Shown in pieces: positions 54,601 to 63,246 of a stretch of 64,000 nucleotides of DNA. Where the stretch lies: the NCBI GenBank assembly GCA_903857255.1, contig CAIODY010000013.1, forward strand, positions 5,406 to 69,405. Reading direction: 5' to 3'. Position 1 is the first letter of the stretch; each line of letters starts with the position of its first letter. Origin of the DNA: an uncultured bacterium (GTDB lineage: Bacteria; Bacteroidota; Bacteroidia; Chitinophagales; CAIODY01). The notes beneath the pieces were generated by a model. That model was not told where the DNA came from, did no database searches, and saw nothing but the letters and a program-made list of their open reading frames with translations. A program made the translations under genes and the position numbers.

Positions 54601-54769
54601 AGTTTATAGTGCCGAACATATTCAAATCAATGACCCATCGGTTGGTTGGGACGGTACTTCAACCAATGGAAAACCTTTGAGCAGCGATGTGTTTATGTAT
54701 CAAATGCAAGTGCAGTGCTCCGAAGGAACGGTGTTTCCATTAACTGGCACATTCACTTTGATAAGATAA
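48653..54769 (+). CDS. Giant Cys-rich PKD-repeat surface protein with T9SS type B CTD; paralogue of 19553-25486 (start probably ATG 48653)
   Basis: Signal peptide; PKD repeats; YVPNAFTP...IYDRWG...GWDG...GTFTLIR; colinear motifs with the 1977-aa protein. Confidence 0.9.
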   Translation: MKKNFFLFFLLFLNLSLLITHSLKAQAPVANFSCTASFALPKDSCYPMQLTFNNTTTGVYDSANWYLDVSSTGCNGPWTGYLHQTKSGVNSHQDYTALLVTPNFYRLCLRVANSATGQVNTYCQCIGRIFPTVQPGFVVGTPIGCGQVTTNIYATNPGTVPPYTFIWYLGACGSTITTTCNGIPSATSGNVSASCPCLNTTKPCYGIFCLITDANGCQAVASDSCAVKAYCNPTASISVAASASTCVTGQPVTMTASPTGMTKYSWWVPAASGAPTNGPLRTNTLTTSFPSFGCYDVKLLVYDSLTPSIGCVDSAILPNAVCLQGIQTTSPVPSFSVSPNLVCCGSPFQVSFTAQTNPTSSCCIQASFSAVPVAGSPACATTVNLGTVQSCNGLPGTQFFSIPCRCSSAVTYKIVMDPVITNMCSNCTATVSSNPINVVVNPAPVASISLMNGYVSSYCAPCHKFGFQAGTNVSNLPGYTWEWHNNSTCSPPNASTTSTDTVTFCGNGTVASPSQQHFVCLKICQSVANGGCCSYANDTVTLTKPYGDFTYNAPLGCGIVCDSFKATVKTDSLYKWIVWDANGVTATIQTGVNAYKFAHCFTGFPNKDTCYNVMLVHTTYSNGGVACFDTILKKKIIRVGHHVTAAATLSKTQLCLKHATVYTYPTACLKFIPDNQSMQIIPSPTVQLSQCSNISCNYYFTKQVGNTQQIVAQSYNCDTPTVCFTQTGNYTAHFIVTDNACTDTLTLPTQVCVSGIIADIVDSVHCANQGNYTPIVTYKPSLKFYACNGLPNLDSFKVHIWNKSTNTNILDTTIDTMGKLPPRINYTYSSGGTYLVCMSVYDKFHAICDTDTICKNVLVFPFTAVINLVNSQPTIACRDFNSNRWVFTANQSSPANPPISKWVWGDGTPNTLNTDPATHTFDTCGIFQVKLTISSASGACQDSAHFTVQVHDIQDSSGKHNNLFSIKPLSGSCNRCLTFKNKAVYCHTALDSVVIDFGDGSPKAVIHGSWDSTVHCYTKTTNIYPTVTYHDIYGCVVSKTVAAPQMTGITANFTGLPDTVLCVGTCVTLTDASAGYVYYYKWSLSSAGCATHPYVDSSNVSTFPPPAQSYCYTFSQPGVYYLDFNPSNFYTDPTTGHHCQSDTCVRIDVKNTVADFYIADTFPCPGNVVNVPNLTTGAYDHLVVTLTLPNSSVVTYTYDKYVPPSLPPYVSIPLGYPGNYSLSFYASSTLGCNSTKSKTFVVQGPLGAFHALSRHICLGGTINFVDTTNSSNGVLVDWDGDGTDQYPYDSTHVYNFSHQFMSCGKKQVLAYISDGNCIYPISDTVNVDCPKAQFAKALSTTDFCGSASVQLNDLSLSSSPHVYGTTITSHLWQLIDTNNLVVQTSVAVNPVFNIHQDGSYAVKLTIQTNWGCIDSTIQRSIIHIYKYATPQFTISPDTICINGCINFANTSINPDTGALHSRWYFNWSTNTLTSNLNTPQQCYTTAGTFNVVLIDTTMHGCVDTSAAKTVLVLPSITPNFSISDTMLCGSNKKVVAFTNTSIPLAGLNYCWNFGDSLQGVCQSTAVNPSHTFQLPTGVASACYTIKLIVKNSVGCEDSISKRICLYSNPIAKLIPDHSEACHPLKVEVNDSSSSLNPITAYDLHWGDGSDTTIFPSGITHAYADTGTYFIHYKITTQQGCSDSVTIAVIDHAYPIPCAGKDDTICAQQQLTLGCPSLPMSGYNYSWSTLTNVGTPFSFIAHPVITAFNNESYILTMVSTGYACPAWDTMNVTVIPLVVPSTSNDAAVCLGYCATLSASGGLTYSWTDSSNHVISTDSVITVCPSSPTKYNVTICGKCDCQTLSINVDVFTPPAIILEHSISGDNIIAGHDITIPPVISPGTGSVVWRPNYNFNNNDTTNASPTVHPDVTTTYHVYVTDGHGCVDSSDVTIHVLCNSSNAIYVPNAFTPETPGAQGGHNDRFYVQGKGVKEINYFRIYDRWGGIVYSAEHIQINDPSVGWDGTSTNGKPLSSDVFMYQMQVQCSEGTVFPLTGTFTLIR

Positions 54770-54812
54770 ACTGAGTAGATTAAACTTTTAAAAAAGCGGC
54801 AGCGGAAATCAA

Positions 54813-55736
54813 CTAATCATTGACCAACCCTCTGCCGCTTTTTTGTATTTTTCCATCGCGTTGCAATTCATTTTTGATTTTGTCAACCATACCATTTACG
54901 AAATCTTTGCTTTTTGGTGTGCTGTATAATTTCGAAATATCGATGTATTCATTGATGGAAACTTTCACAGGAATATTTTCAAAATAAAGAATTTCGCTCA
55001 AAGCCAATTTAATCAAAATCAAGTCTATGGCTGCTAAGCGGTCGGCATCCCAGTTTTTTAATTTTGGTTTAATCAATTCCATCAATTCATTTTCGCAATC
55101 AAAAGTTTTTTCCAATAATTGAAAACTAAATTTCACGGCATCATCTTCTTTATCATCCAAACCAATTTCACCTGTCTTCAAAGCTGTATCCACTTGCTTG
55201 TGCACAAACGTGTGCTCATCTGCCCAAATAGGATATAAATCTTCCATCCATGAATCAAAAGTTTCGCTTTGGTAAATCATTTCGCCATATAAAAATTGAA
55301 AAATCTTCGACAAACTTTTATCATCAGCAGAATTTTCAGCAACAAATTTTTTGTACTCTTCTGATTTTTTTAATTCTAAATAAAATTTACGAACTAAATC
55401 TTCATCTGTTTTTAAATGCGGTTTTTGCTTTTCAACAAAACCTCTGTAATACTCATCATTAGTGAGTTTTTGAATCAAAGCATTTTTATAAATTAAGGTG
55501 CTTACATTTTTTTCATCAGCAGTTGACAAATGTTTTTCTGATTGCACTTGCAAATCGTCAATGCTAAATTCAGCTACTCGAATCAAAAAGTAAATGTTGA
55601 ACAAAAAAAGTTTGTCGGTTTCGCCAATGCTTTGTTGTAGCGATTTTCGCAACGACAAAAAATCACGAGATGGATTTTGTTGATGCGCATACAACGCTTG
55701 CATCACTTTGATTCTAAGATTTCTACGACTGTGCAT
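54813..55736 (-). CDS. nusB: Transcription antitermination factor NusB (long Bacteroidota form)
   Basis: SRRNLRIKVMQALY, KNWDADRLA, IPVKVSINEYIDISK-x-YSTPKS-x-x-FVNG. Confidence 0.95.
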   Translation of the reverse strand: MHSRRNLRIKVMQALYAHQQNPSRDFLSLRKSLQQSIGETDKLFLFNIYFLIRVAEFSIDDLQVQSEKHLSTADEKNVSTLIYKNALIQKLTNDEYYRGFVEKQKPHLKTDEDLVRKFYLELKKSEEYKKFVAENSADDKSLSKIFQFLYGEMIYQSETFDSWMEDLYPIWADEHTFVHKQVDTALKTGEIGLDDKEDDAVKFSFQLLEKTFDCENELMELIKPKLKNWDADRLAAIDLILIKLALSEILYFENIPVKVSINEYIDISKLYSTPKSKDFVNGMVDKIKNELQRDGKIQKSGRGLVND

Positions 55737-55867
55737 TTTGGCTAAAAATTTGGAGTGCAAAGGTGCAATTTTTATCTGTGAATTTTAGCATCGGTTACTT
55801 AAAAGTTGCAACCTTTCACAGGCTTCATGCCTTATATTTGCTCACTAATTTTTGAAAAAACACGAGT

Positions 55868-57259
55868 ATGAATTTTACGCTAAAAAATAAAGTGCGAATT
55901 GTAACAGCCGCTTCATTGTTTGATGGGCATGATGCTGCCATAAATATTATGCGCCGAATTATGCAAGCCAAAGGTGCTGAAGTAATTCATTTGGGACATA
56001 ATAGAAGTGCCGCTGATATTGTGGATTGCGCCATACAAGAGGATGCACAGGGCATTGCGATTACTTCGTATCAAGGTGGACATGTTGAATTTTTCAAGTA
56101 CATTTTTGATTTGTTGAAAGAAAAAAATTGCAGCCACATCAAAATATTTGGTGGCGGCGGCGGAACAATTTTACCAACCGAAATTGAAGAACTGCATCAA
56201 TACGGCATTTGCAGAATTTATTCGCCTGATGATGGGCGAAAAATGGGCTTGGAAGGCATGATTGAAGATGTGGTGAAGCAATGCGATTTTTCAACAATTG
56301 ACAATTTGCAATTAGCAAATATCAATGAAACGTTGCAAAAAAAAGATGAAAAAACGATTGCTCAATTAATTACTGCTGCTGAAAATGGTAAATCAATAAA
56401 TCTTCAAATCAACAAATCAACAATTCCTGTTCTCGGCATCACAGGCACTGGCGGTGCAGGAAAATCAAGCGTTACAGACGAAATTGTGAGGAGATTTTTA
56501 AATCGTTTTTCAGATAAAACCATAGCTGTTATTTCTGTTGACCCATCGAAAAAGAAAACCGGTGGTGCATTGTTGGGTGATAGAATCAGAATGAATTCGA
56601 TTCACAATCCACGAGCATATATGCGTTCGTTAGCTACTCGTGATAGCGAAGTGGCTTTAAGTGCTCATGTGCAGGAAGCGATTGATGTTTGCAAAGCTGC
56701 CGCATTTGATTTCGTAATTTTAGAAAGTGCTGGCGTTGGGCAAAGCGATGCTTCGATTTTAGAATATGTAAATGTGAGCTTGTATGTAATGACGCCTGAA
56801 TACGGCGCTGCATCACAATTAGAGAAAATCAACATGCTAGATTATGCCGATGTAATTGCTATCAATAAATTTGATAAAGCTGGTGCATTAGATTCATTGC
56901 ACGATGTAAAAAAACAATACAAACGCAACCATAATTTATTCACCGCTAAAGATGAAGACTTGCCAATTGTGGGCACCATTGCTTCTCAGTTTAATGACAC
57001 TGGCGTAAACCAATTGTTTGAATTATTGGTGGATGCGGTTGAGAAAAAATGCAGTGTTGATTGGGGACGAACTGATACTCATCACGAAAAAAACACCGCA
57101 ACAAAATCACAAATTATTCCACCAGCAAGAGTTCGTTATTTGGCTGAAATAGCTGAAACTATTGAACGCTACGATGATTGGGCGAAAGAACAAACCGACA
57201 TTGCTACGAAAATGTATCAATTGAATGGTGCAATTAACATCATGAACTCTAAACATTAA
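55868..57259 (+). CDS. icmF: IcmF N-terminal half: cobalamin-binding domain, MeaI/MeaB GTPase and start of linker
   Basis: [27 protein letters not shown]...[20 protein letters not shown]-x-RVRYLAEI. Confidence 0.92.
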   Translation: MNFTLKNKVRIVTAASLFDGHDAAINIMRRIMQAKGAEVIHLGHNRSAADIVDCAIQEDAQGIAITSYQGGHVEFFKYIFDLLKEKNCSHIKIFGGGGGTILPTEIEELHQYGICRIYSPDDGRKMGLEGMIEDVVKQCDFSTIDNLQLANINETLQKKDEKTIAQLITAAENGKSINLQINKSTIPVLGITGTGGAGKSSVTDEIVRRFLNRFSDKTIAVISVDPSKKKTGGALLGDRIRMNSIHNPRAYMRSLATRDSEVALSAHVQEAIDVCKAAAFDFVILESAGVGQSDASILEYVNVSLYVMTPEYGAASQLEKINMLDYADVIAINKFDKAGALDSLHDVKKQYKRNHNLFTAKDEDLPIVGTIASQFNDTGVNQLFELLVDAVEKKCSVDWGRTDTHHEKNTATKSQIIPPARVRYLAEIAETIERYDDWAKEQTDIATKMYQLNGAINIMNSKH

Positions 57260-57264
57260 TTCAA

Positions 57265-58389
57265 ATGGAAAATCAAATCAAAAACTTGCACATTGAAAAT
57301 TTTAAATCCATTAAGAATATGGATTTGGAATGCAGTAGAATTAATATTTTTATTGGTGAGCCCAATGTTGGGAAGAGCAATATTTTAGAGGCTATGGCTT
57401 TGCTTTCGCCACTTTATTCCAACCAAAATCAAATAACGAACGAAAAATTCTTGAGTGAATTTATTAGGTATGAATCAATAAGAAATATTTTCTACGACAT
57501 GGATGTTCAACAAAAAATTGTTGTAGAAACTGATAAGTCATTTGCCTTAGTAAGATACCAAACCAATAATATTAATTCAGCAGAATTTTTTGTTGGTTTC
57601 CAAAACTGGGTAAAAGAATTATTCAATGAATCCTTATCGGAAAACCTTCAAAATGTGCAACATCGATTTGAAGATTTGCAACGTGAAAATTTTAGTTTAT
57701 TGCTTGATAGTAAAAACGTTTCGCCATTTGAACAGCTTTATTTTTCTACATCTACTGACGGAAAACTTCATCAACACAATCTTTCATTGAATTCAAACAA
57801 CCCAATTAAAAAATATCATTTTGTAAAAAACATTTCAACCCAAAATCAATTTCCACTATTTCTAACTCCGAATGGAGATAATCTTTATAGAATTGTTAGG
57901 TATAATGAATCAGTACAAGAATTTGCGATTGACTTTTTTGAAAGACAAAAACTTGATTTTTTATTCAATGATGAGAAACTAAGTTTTGAACCATCAAAAG
58001 TTTTAAAAAGAATTAAGACAGTTCTGCCATATACATTAATGGCGGATACTTTTCAAAGAATGCTTTTTTATATGGCTGCAATAAAATCCAATAAAAATTC
58101 TGTTTTAATTTTTGAAGAACCAGAAGTGCATTCGTTTCCTGAATATGTTTCTATGCTTTCAAAGGAAATTTCAAAAGATTTATCCAATCAATATTTTATT
58201 GCAACACATAGCCCATTCTTGTTAAATGGAATTTTGGAAAATGCTTCAATGGATGATGTAAATGTCTTTGTATGCTATTATGAAAACTATGAAACAAAAC
58301 AACGTTTACTTTCAAAGGAACAACTTTCAGAATTACTAAATTATGGGGTAAATATTTTCACAAACATCAATTCTTATTTGAATGATTAG
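57265..58389 (+). CDS. ABC-type/AAA ATPase (AAA_15/AAA_21, OLD/AriA-like)
   Basis: IENFKSI, Walker A GEPNVGKS, degenerate signature ADTFQR, Walker B LIFEEPE, H-loop IATHSPF. Confidence 0.9.
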   Translation: MENQIKNLHIENFKSIKNMDLECSRINIFIGEPNVGKSNILEAMALLSPLYSNQNQITNEKFLSEFIRYESIRNIFYDMDVQQKIVVETDKSFALVRYQTNNINSAEFFVGFQNWVKELFNESLSENLQNVQHRFEDLQRENFSLLLDSKNVSPFEQLYFSTSTDGKLHQHNLSLNSNNPIKKYHFVKNISTQNQFPLFLTPNGDNLYRIVRYNESVQEFAIDFFERQKLDFLFNDEKLSFEPSKVLKRIKTVLPYTLMADTFQRMLFYMAAIKSNKNSVLIFEEPEVHSFPEYVSMLSKEISKDLSNQYFIATHSPFLLNGILENASMDDVNVFVCYYENYETKQRLLSKEQLSELLNYGVNIFTNINSYLND

Positions 58390-58930
58390 TCTGCTTAACA
58401 TTCTACCTGAATGTGAGGCAGATACTCGGGTAGTAAATATAATAATGGAAATTAAACAAAGCGTTCGACATCGTGGAGGAATTAATGAAGTCGTAGAACC
58501 TTTGAAAAATCAAAAATCATTTTTGTTCAATGATTCTGCTTTGGCAATTGTGGATGAAGATAAACTTCCAAACAACAAGCGTAAATCAAATTATCCAAAC
58601 TACTTTTTAGAATTTGTTGATATAAAATCAACAGAAAGACTAAGTTTAAAAAAGCATAAAATCAAAGCACATTATTTGATTGAGATAAAGCCAGCAATTG
58701 AAGTTTGGTTATTAAATGAAGCGATTGCAGTCAATGTCAACCCAACTGAATATAATTTATCAGCGAATTTAAAAGAGCTAATTATCGAAACTAAAAAGAA
58801 AGAAATTGAAAGAAATGAGGACTTTACAAGATTCATTAAAGCACTAAAAAGAAATAATGCTCCATCCATAACTCTTTTAAAAGAATGGATTGATGCATTT
58901 AGAAATAATCAAATTAACAACATCAACTGA
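58382..58930 (+). CDS. TOPRIM-like partner protein of the ATPase (putative nuclease/toxin)
   Basis: Overlaps the ATPase stop by 8 nt; ILPECEAD (TOPRIM Glu), GG, IVDED (DxD), AIEVWLL. Confidence 0.65.
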   Translation: MISLLNILPECEADTRVVNIIMEIKQSVRHRGGINEVVEPLKNQKSFLFNDSALAIVDEDKLPNNKRKSNYPNYFLEFVDIKSTERLSLKKHKIKAHYLIEIKPAIEVWLLNEAIAVNVNPTEYNLSANLKELIIETKKKEIERNEDFTRFIKALKRNNAPSITLLKEWIDAFRNNQINNIN

Positions 58931-58936
58931 AAATAA

Positions 58937-60865
58937 ATGGCAACATTACTCGACGAATTGAAAACCGAATACGAAAAACTCGGCAAAAAATTAAGCATTG
59001 ACAACAAAGCATTGTTGGATAATTGGGAAAAATTGAAACAAGTTTACGCCGCTGAATTTTACGAATACAAAGTTCGTGATAAAGTTATAAAACAGCAACT
59101 GACAAGTATTTCACTGAGTGGAACGAAAATCAAAAAAGTAGTATTGCCTAAATACAAAGATTGGGGCGATATTTTGCGTTGGCAATTGCAGGAAAATGTA
59201 CCAGGAGAATTTCCTTACACTGCTGGTGTATTTGAATTGAAGCGTCAAGGCGAAGACCCAACACGAATGTTTGCCGGCGAAGGCGGACCAGAAAGAACCA
59301 ACAAACGTTTCCATTATGTTTCTTTAGGTCAGCCTGCAAAGCGCTTGAGTACAGCGTTTGACAGTGTTACGTTGTATGGTGAAGACCCAGCGGTTCGACC
59401 AGATATTTATGGAAAAATTGGTAACAGTGGTGTGAGCATTGCAACAGTTGATGATGCAAAAAAATTGTACAGCGGTTTCGATTTATGCGACCCAAAAACA
59501 TCGGTGAGTATGACCATCAACGGGCCAGCACCAATGGTTTTAGCATTTTTTATGAATGCTGCTATTGACCAGGAATGTGAAAAATACATCAAAGAAAATA
59601 AGATTGAAATTCCTAAAGAAAAATTAAAGAAAGCGCCACAATATAACGGTGCATTACCTGAAGGAAATGATGGGTTGGGATTAGGATTGTTAGGATTAAG
59701 TGGTGAAGATGTTTTACCAAAAGATGTGTACGAACAATTAAAAGCAAAAGCTTTGCAATCCGTTCGTGGTACGGTTCAAGCAGATATTTTGAAAGAAGAC
59801 CAAGCACAAAACACTTGCATTTTCTCAACAGAATTTGCGTTAAAACTAATGGGTGATGTGCAACAATATTTCATCGAACAAAAAGTTCGTAATTTTTATT
59901 CTGTTTCAATCAGCGGTTATCATATTGCTGAAGCTGGCGCCAATCCTATCACACAGCTTGCTTTCACTTTAGCAAATGGATTTACTTATGTAGAATATTA
60001 TTTGAGCCGAGGCATGCACATTGATGATTTTGCGCCAAATCTTTCTTTCTTTTTTAGCAATGGAATGGACCCTGAATATTCAGTGATTGGTCGTGTGGCT
60101 CGTAGAATCTGGGCAAAAGCAATGAAGTTGAAATACAAAGGCAACGACCGTTCGCAGAAATTAAAATACCACATTCAAACCAGCGGACGCAGCTTGCATG
60201 CGCAGGAAATTGATTTCAATGATATTCGTACCACATTGCAAGCTTTGTATGCGATTTATGATAATTGCAATTCGCTGCACACCAATGCTTATGACGAAGC
60301 GATTACAACGCCAACCGAAGAAAGCGTTCGCCGTGCAATGGCAATTCAGTTAATTATTAATCGTGAGTTGGGCACAGCAAAAAATGAAAACCCAAATCAA
60401 GGTTCTTTTTTAATTGAAGAATTAACCGACTTGGTGGAGAAGGCTGTGTTGGATGAATTCAAGCGTATCACCGAACGTGGCGGAGTGTTAGGTGCGATGG
60501 AACGCATGTATCAACGCAATAAAATTCAGGAAGAATCTATGTTTTACGAGCATCAAAAACATACGGGAGAATTTCCGATTGTAGGTGTAAATACTTTCTT
60601 GAACTCGAAAGGCTCACCAACAGTGATTCCTGCGGAAGTAATCAGAAGTACAACAGAGGAAAAAGATTTTCAAATCAACGCTGTGCAAGCATTTCAAAAA
60701 CGTAATGAAGCCAAAAGTGAAGCGGCATTAAAACGATTAAAAGATGTTGCCATAGCCAACGGAAACTTATTTGCCGAACTGATGGAAACCGTAAAATATT
60801 GTTCATTAGGACAAATCAGCAAAGCCTTGTATGAAGTGGGTGGGCAATATAGAAGGAGTATGTAA
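58937..60865 (+). CDS. icmF: IcmF C-terminal half: rest of linker plus acyl-CoA (isobutyryl-CoA) mutase TIM barrel
   Basis: [25 protein letters not shown] (Phe specificity residue), [37 protein letters not shown]-terminus. Confidence 0.93.
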   Translation: MATLLDELKTEYEKLGKKLSIDNKALLDNWEKLKQVYAAEFYEYKVRDKVIKQQLTSISLSGTKIKKVVLPKYKDWGDILRWQLQENVPGEFPYTAGVFELKRQGEDPTRMFAGEGGPERTNKRFHYVSLGQPAKRLSTAFDSVTLYGEDPAVRPDIYGKIGNSGVSIATVDDAKKLYSGFDLCDPKTSVSMTINGPAPMVLAFFMNAAIDQECEKYIKENKIEIPKEKLKKAPQYNGALPEGNDGLGLGLLGLSGEDVLPKDVYEQLKAKALQSVRGTVQADILKEDQAQNTCIFSTEFALKLMGDVQQYFIEQKVRNFYSVSISGYHIAEAGANPITQLAFTLANGFTYVEYYLSRGMHIDDFAPNLSFFFSNGMDPEYSVIGRVARRIWAKAMKLKYKGNDRSQKLKYHIQTSGRSLHAQEIDFNDIRTTLQALYAIYDNCNSLHTNAYDEAITTPTEESVRRAMAIQLIINRELGTAKNENPNQGSFLIEELTDLVEKAVLDEFKRITERGGVLGAMERMYQRNKIQEESMFYEHQKHTGEFPIVGVNTFLNSKGSPTVIPAEVIRSTTEEKDFQINAVQAFQKRNEAKSEAALKRLKDVAIANGNLFAELMETVKYCSLGQISKALYEVGGQYRRSM

Positions 60866-60876
60866 AACATAAAAAC

Positions 60877-61581
60877 ATGGAAAATAAAATTCAGGTCAAC
60901 TTAATGTATTACGGAATTGGATTGAATAAAAACTTCGATGAAGATTTTAAAAATTCCAGTGAATTTATTAGTTCTCTTTCCAGTGACTTTGATATTAAAA
61001 TTGAAAGAAAACAAGGTGGGCTTGGCGGCGGCATCTATAATTTTATTATCGAATTTTATATTAATCATCCAATTCTTTCATCAATTGTAATAAATGTCGG
61101 AAGCAATTTTTTATACTCATTACTCAAGAATCAATTCAAAGCGTTTATTGAAAGTCTAAAAAAATTGGAAAATGAAAATAAAGGTTGGAATAGTTTAGAT
61201 GTTTGTAGAATTAAACTTGAGTTTGAAGATGTTGGTATATTTATTTACATTAATGACTTTCAAACTTTAGATTCTAAAATTTATTTTCTAGTTCAAGAAA
61301 TAATCAATGCTATTCCAGTTATTGCATTATTATCGAAAAATAAAATCAAAGAAATACATGTTCCTGTTGTTAGAAATTCTTTATTATCGTCTGAAATGGG
61401 ATTTAATACGACATATACATTGCCTACAATGGTTGGTTATCAAGAGATTGACCCAACAATTGATTTTTACTGTGATTGGGGAATTATTTTTAGAGCCGAA
61501 AGAGATAAATCAGTATATAATAGCGAAACAAAAACTCTTTTGAAATTCGATTGGATAAACTTTTCAGAAACGTATTCATGA
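60877..61581 (+). CDS. AT-rich hypothetical protein
   Basis: 234-aa ORF starting 11 nt after the mutase stop; GGLGGG followed by a hydrophobic helix. Confidence 0.65.
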   Translation: MENKIQVNLMYYGIGLNKNFDEDFKNSSEFISSLSSDFDIKIERKQGGLGGGIYNFIIEFYINHPILSSIVINVGSNFLYSLLKNQFKAFIESLKKLENENKGWNSLDVCRIKLEFEDVGIFIYINDFQTLDSKIYFLVQEIINAIPVIALLSKNKIKEIHVPVVRNSLLSSEMGFNTTYTLPTMVGYQEIDPTIDFYCDWGIIFRAERDKSVYNSETKTLLKFDWINFSETYS

Positions 61582-61693
61582 AAAATTTCTTTATCCAACC
61601 TTTCTACTCGTTTTTATTTCAATCCGTTTCTTTCAATATCATCTCAATGTAAGATAATGCAAAAAAGATTTTCAAAGACTATATGATTGAGTA

Positions 61694-61774
61694 ATGAAAA
61701 AGAAACCAACCGATTTAGTTTTAGCCGATGAAAGTATGACGAATAAAATCTTCATCATTTGTAATGAAAAGTGA
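61694..61774 (+). pseudogene. 5' remnant of an ORF6N-domain gene
   Basis: MKKKPTDLVLADESMTNKIFIICNEK* resembles ORF6N N-termini (DE-x-x-x-NKI-x-x-IR-x-x-KVMLD) but stops before the core. Confidence 0.45.
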
Positions 61775-61780
61775 GTTATT

Positions 61781-61825
61781 CCAACCCCATAAACCCAAAA
61801 TATGATTTTGGATTTACGGGGTTGG
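61781..61825. terminator. Long hairpin (terminator-like)
   Basis: CCAACCCCATAAACCCAAAAT-ATG-ATTTTGGATTTACGGGGTTGG followed by TGTTTT. Confidence 0.6.
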
Positions 61826-61892
61826 TGTTTTAAAAAAGAAGAACAATTTTTCAATTCTTGTTTTTATTTTTGAGTAAATAAAACAGCATTCC

Positions 61893-62270
61893 ATGACTAC
61901 TTCCAATCCGCAACATAATCGTGAAATTGGCGCTGCTGGCGAAAATGCAGCTGTTGACTATTTAAAAACAAAAGGTTTTATTATTTTAGAAACCAATTGG
62001 CGATTTGGTCAGAACGAAGTAGATATTATTGCAAAAGATAAAACTGATTTGGTTTTTGTGGAAGTGAAAACACGAAGCAGCAATAAATTTGGTGAACCCG
62101 AAATGGCTGTGAATAAAACCAAACAAAAGATGTATCAACGCTTGGCAACAGGTTATATTGAAAAGCATCACATCAATATGGATGTACGATTTGACATTAT
62201 TGCTATCGTGAATAAAATCCCCGAGCCTGAAATTTTTCACATCAAAGATGCATTCTATCCTTACAATTAA
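61893..62270 (+). CDS. yraN: YraN/UPF0102 family protein
   Basis: GAAGE-x-x-A, NWR...EVDII, VFVEVKTR, RFDIIAI. Confidence 0.93.
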   Translation: MTTSNPQHNREIGAAGENAAVDYLKTKGFIILETNWRFGQNEVDIIAKDKTDLVFVEVKTRSSNKFGEPEMAVNKTKQKMYQRLATGYIEKHHINMDVRFDIIAIVNKIPEPEIFHIKDAFYPYN

Positions 62271-63176
62271 TTAGGCTTGTTTGAAAAGCGAATTATGTTC
62301 ATTCACTTCCAATTCAGCCACCATGCCCAATTTCACGGCTCTGTTATCAAGTTGATGACCAACAGGAAAATTAAAACAAACTGGGTAATCAAATTCTTGA
62401 ACATGCTCGGCTATAATTTCTTCGGCAGTTTTTCCAAATGGAGTAGTATTATCTTTCATTTCGCTCATGCCGCCAACAATAAGCCCAGCCAAGTTTTCAA
62501 GCTTTCCGCTTCGTTTTAATTGCATCATCATTCTATCAACGTGGTATAAATATTCATCCAAATCTTCGAGCAATAAAATTTTTCCGTTGGTATCCATATC
62601 ACTTTGCGAAGCTGCTAAAGAATAAAGGATAGACAAATTGCCGCCAACAATTTCGGCTTTAGCTTTTCCTGTTTTATTCAATTGATGTGATTCAAATTGA
62701 TATCTTATTCGTTCGCCAAATAAACATTTTCTAAATGATTCAACCGTCTCACTTTCTTTGGTATTTTCATTTACATTGATGGGCATCAAGCTATGAATGG
62801 AGGCAGTGTTGAACAAAGTTTGCAAGTGGCTGTGCAACACAGTTACATCGCTAAATCCACAAATCCATTTGGGATGTTTTTTGAATTTTCTGAAATCAAT
62901 TTCATCAATAATTCTAACAGTGCCATAGCCACCACGAGCACACCAAATTGCTTTAATGCTATCATCATCTAATGCTTGTTGGAAATCGTGCAAACGAAAA
63001 TTATCATCGCCTGCGAATTGATTTTGTTGTTCATTGATGGTTTTGCCAACTACCACTTGCAAACCCCAACTTTCCGCTAACTCAATAGCCATCGCTATTT
63101 CAGCAGATGAAATTTTTCGGGCAGTGCTTAAAATGGAAATTTTGTCACCTTTTTTTAAATAAACTGGTTGTGGCAT
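62271..63176 (-). CDS. ldcA: LD-carboxypeptidase (peptidase S66)
   Basis: ARGGYG, GFSDVT, GGNLS, LEDLDE, FPVGH. Confidence 0.93.
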   Translation of the reverse strand: MPQPVYLKKGDKISILSTARKISSAEIAMAIELAESWGLQVVVGKTINEQQNQFAGDDNFRLHDFQQALDDDSIKAIWCARGGYGTVRIIDEIDFRKFKKHPKWICGFSDVTVLHSHLQTLFNTASIHSLMPINVNENTKESETVESFRKCLFGERIRYQFESHQLNKTGKAKAEIVGGNLSILYSLAASQSDMDTNGKILLLEDLDEYLYHVDRMMMQLKRSGKLENLAGLIVGGMSEMKDNTTPFGKTAEEIIAEHVQEFDYPVCFNFPVGHQLDNRAVKLGMVAELEVNEHNSLFKQA

Positions 63177-63246
63177 TGAAATGGATTGTGATGTGGAATC
63201 AAAATTATATTTTTAACTTCACAAAAAAATTAAAATCTCAAATTTT

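Noticed and set aside
57257-58936. Group I/II intron, intein or IS element inside icmF
   Set aside because: No room for ribozyme structure (gaps of 5-6 nt), no RT, homing endonuclease or transposase, stops intervene so it is not an intein, and there are no terminal inverted repeats
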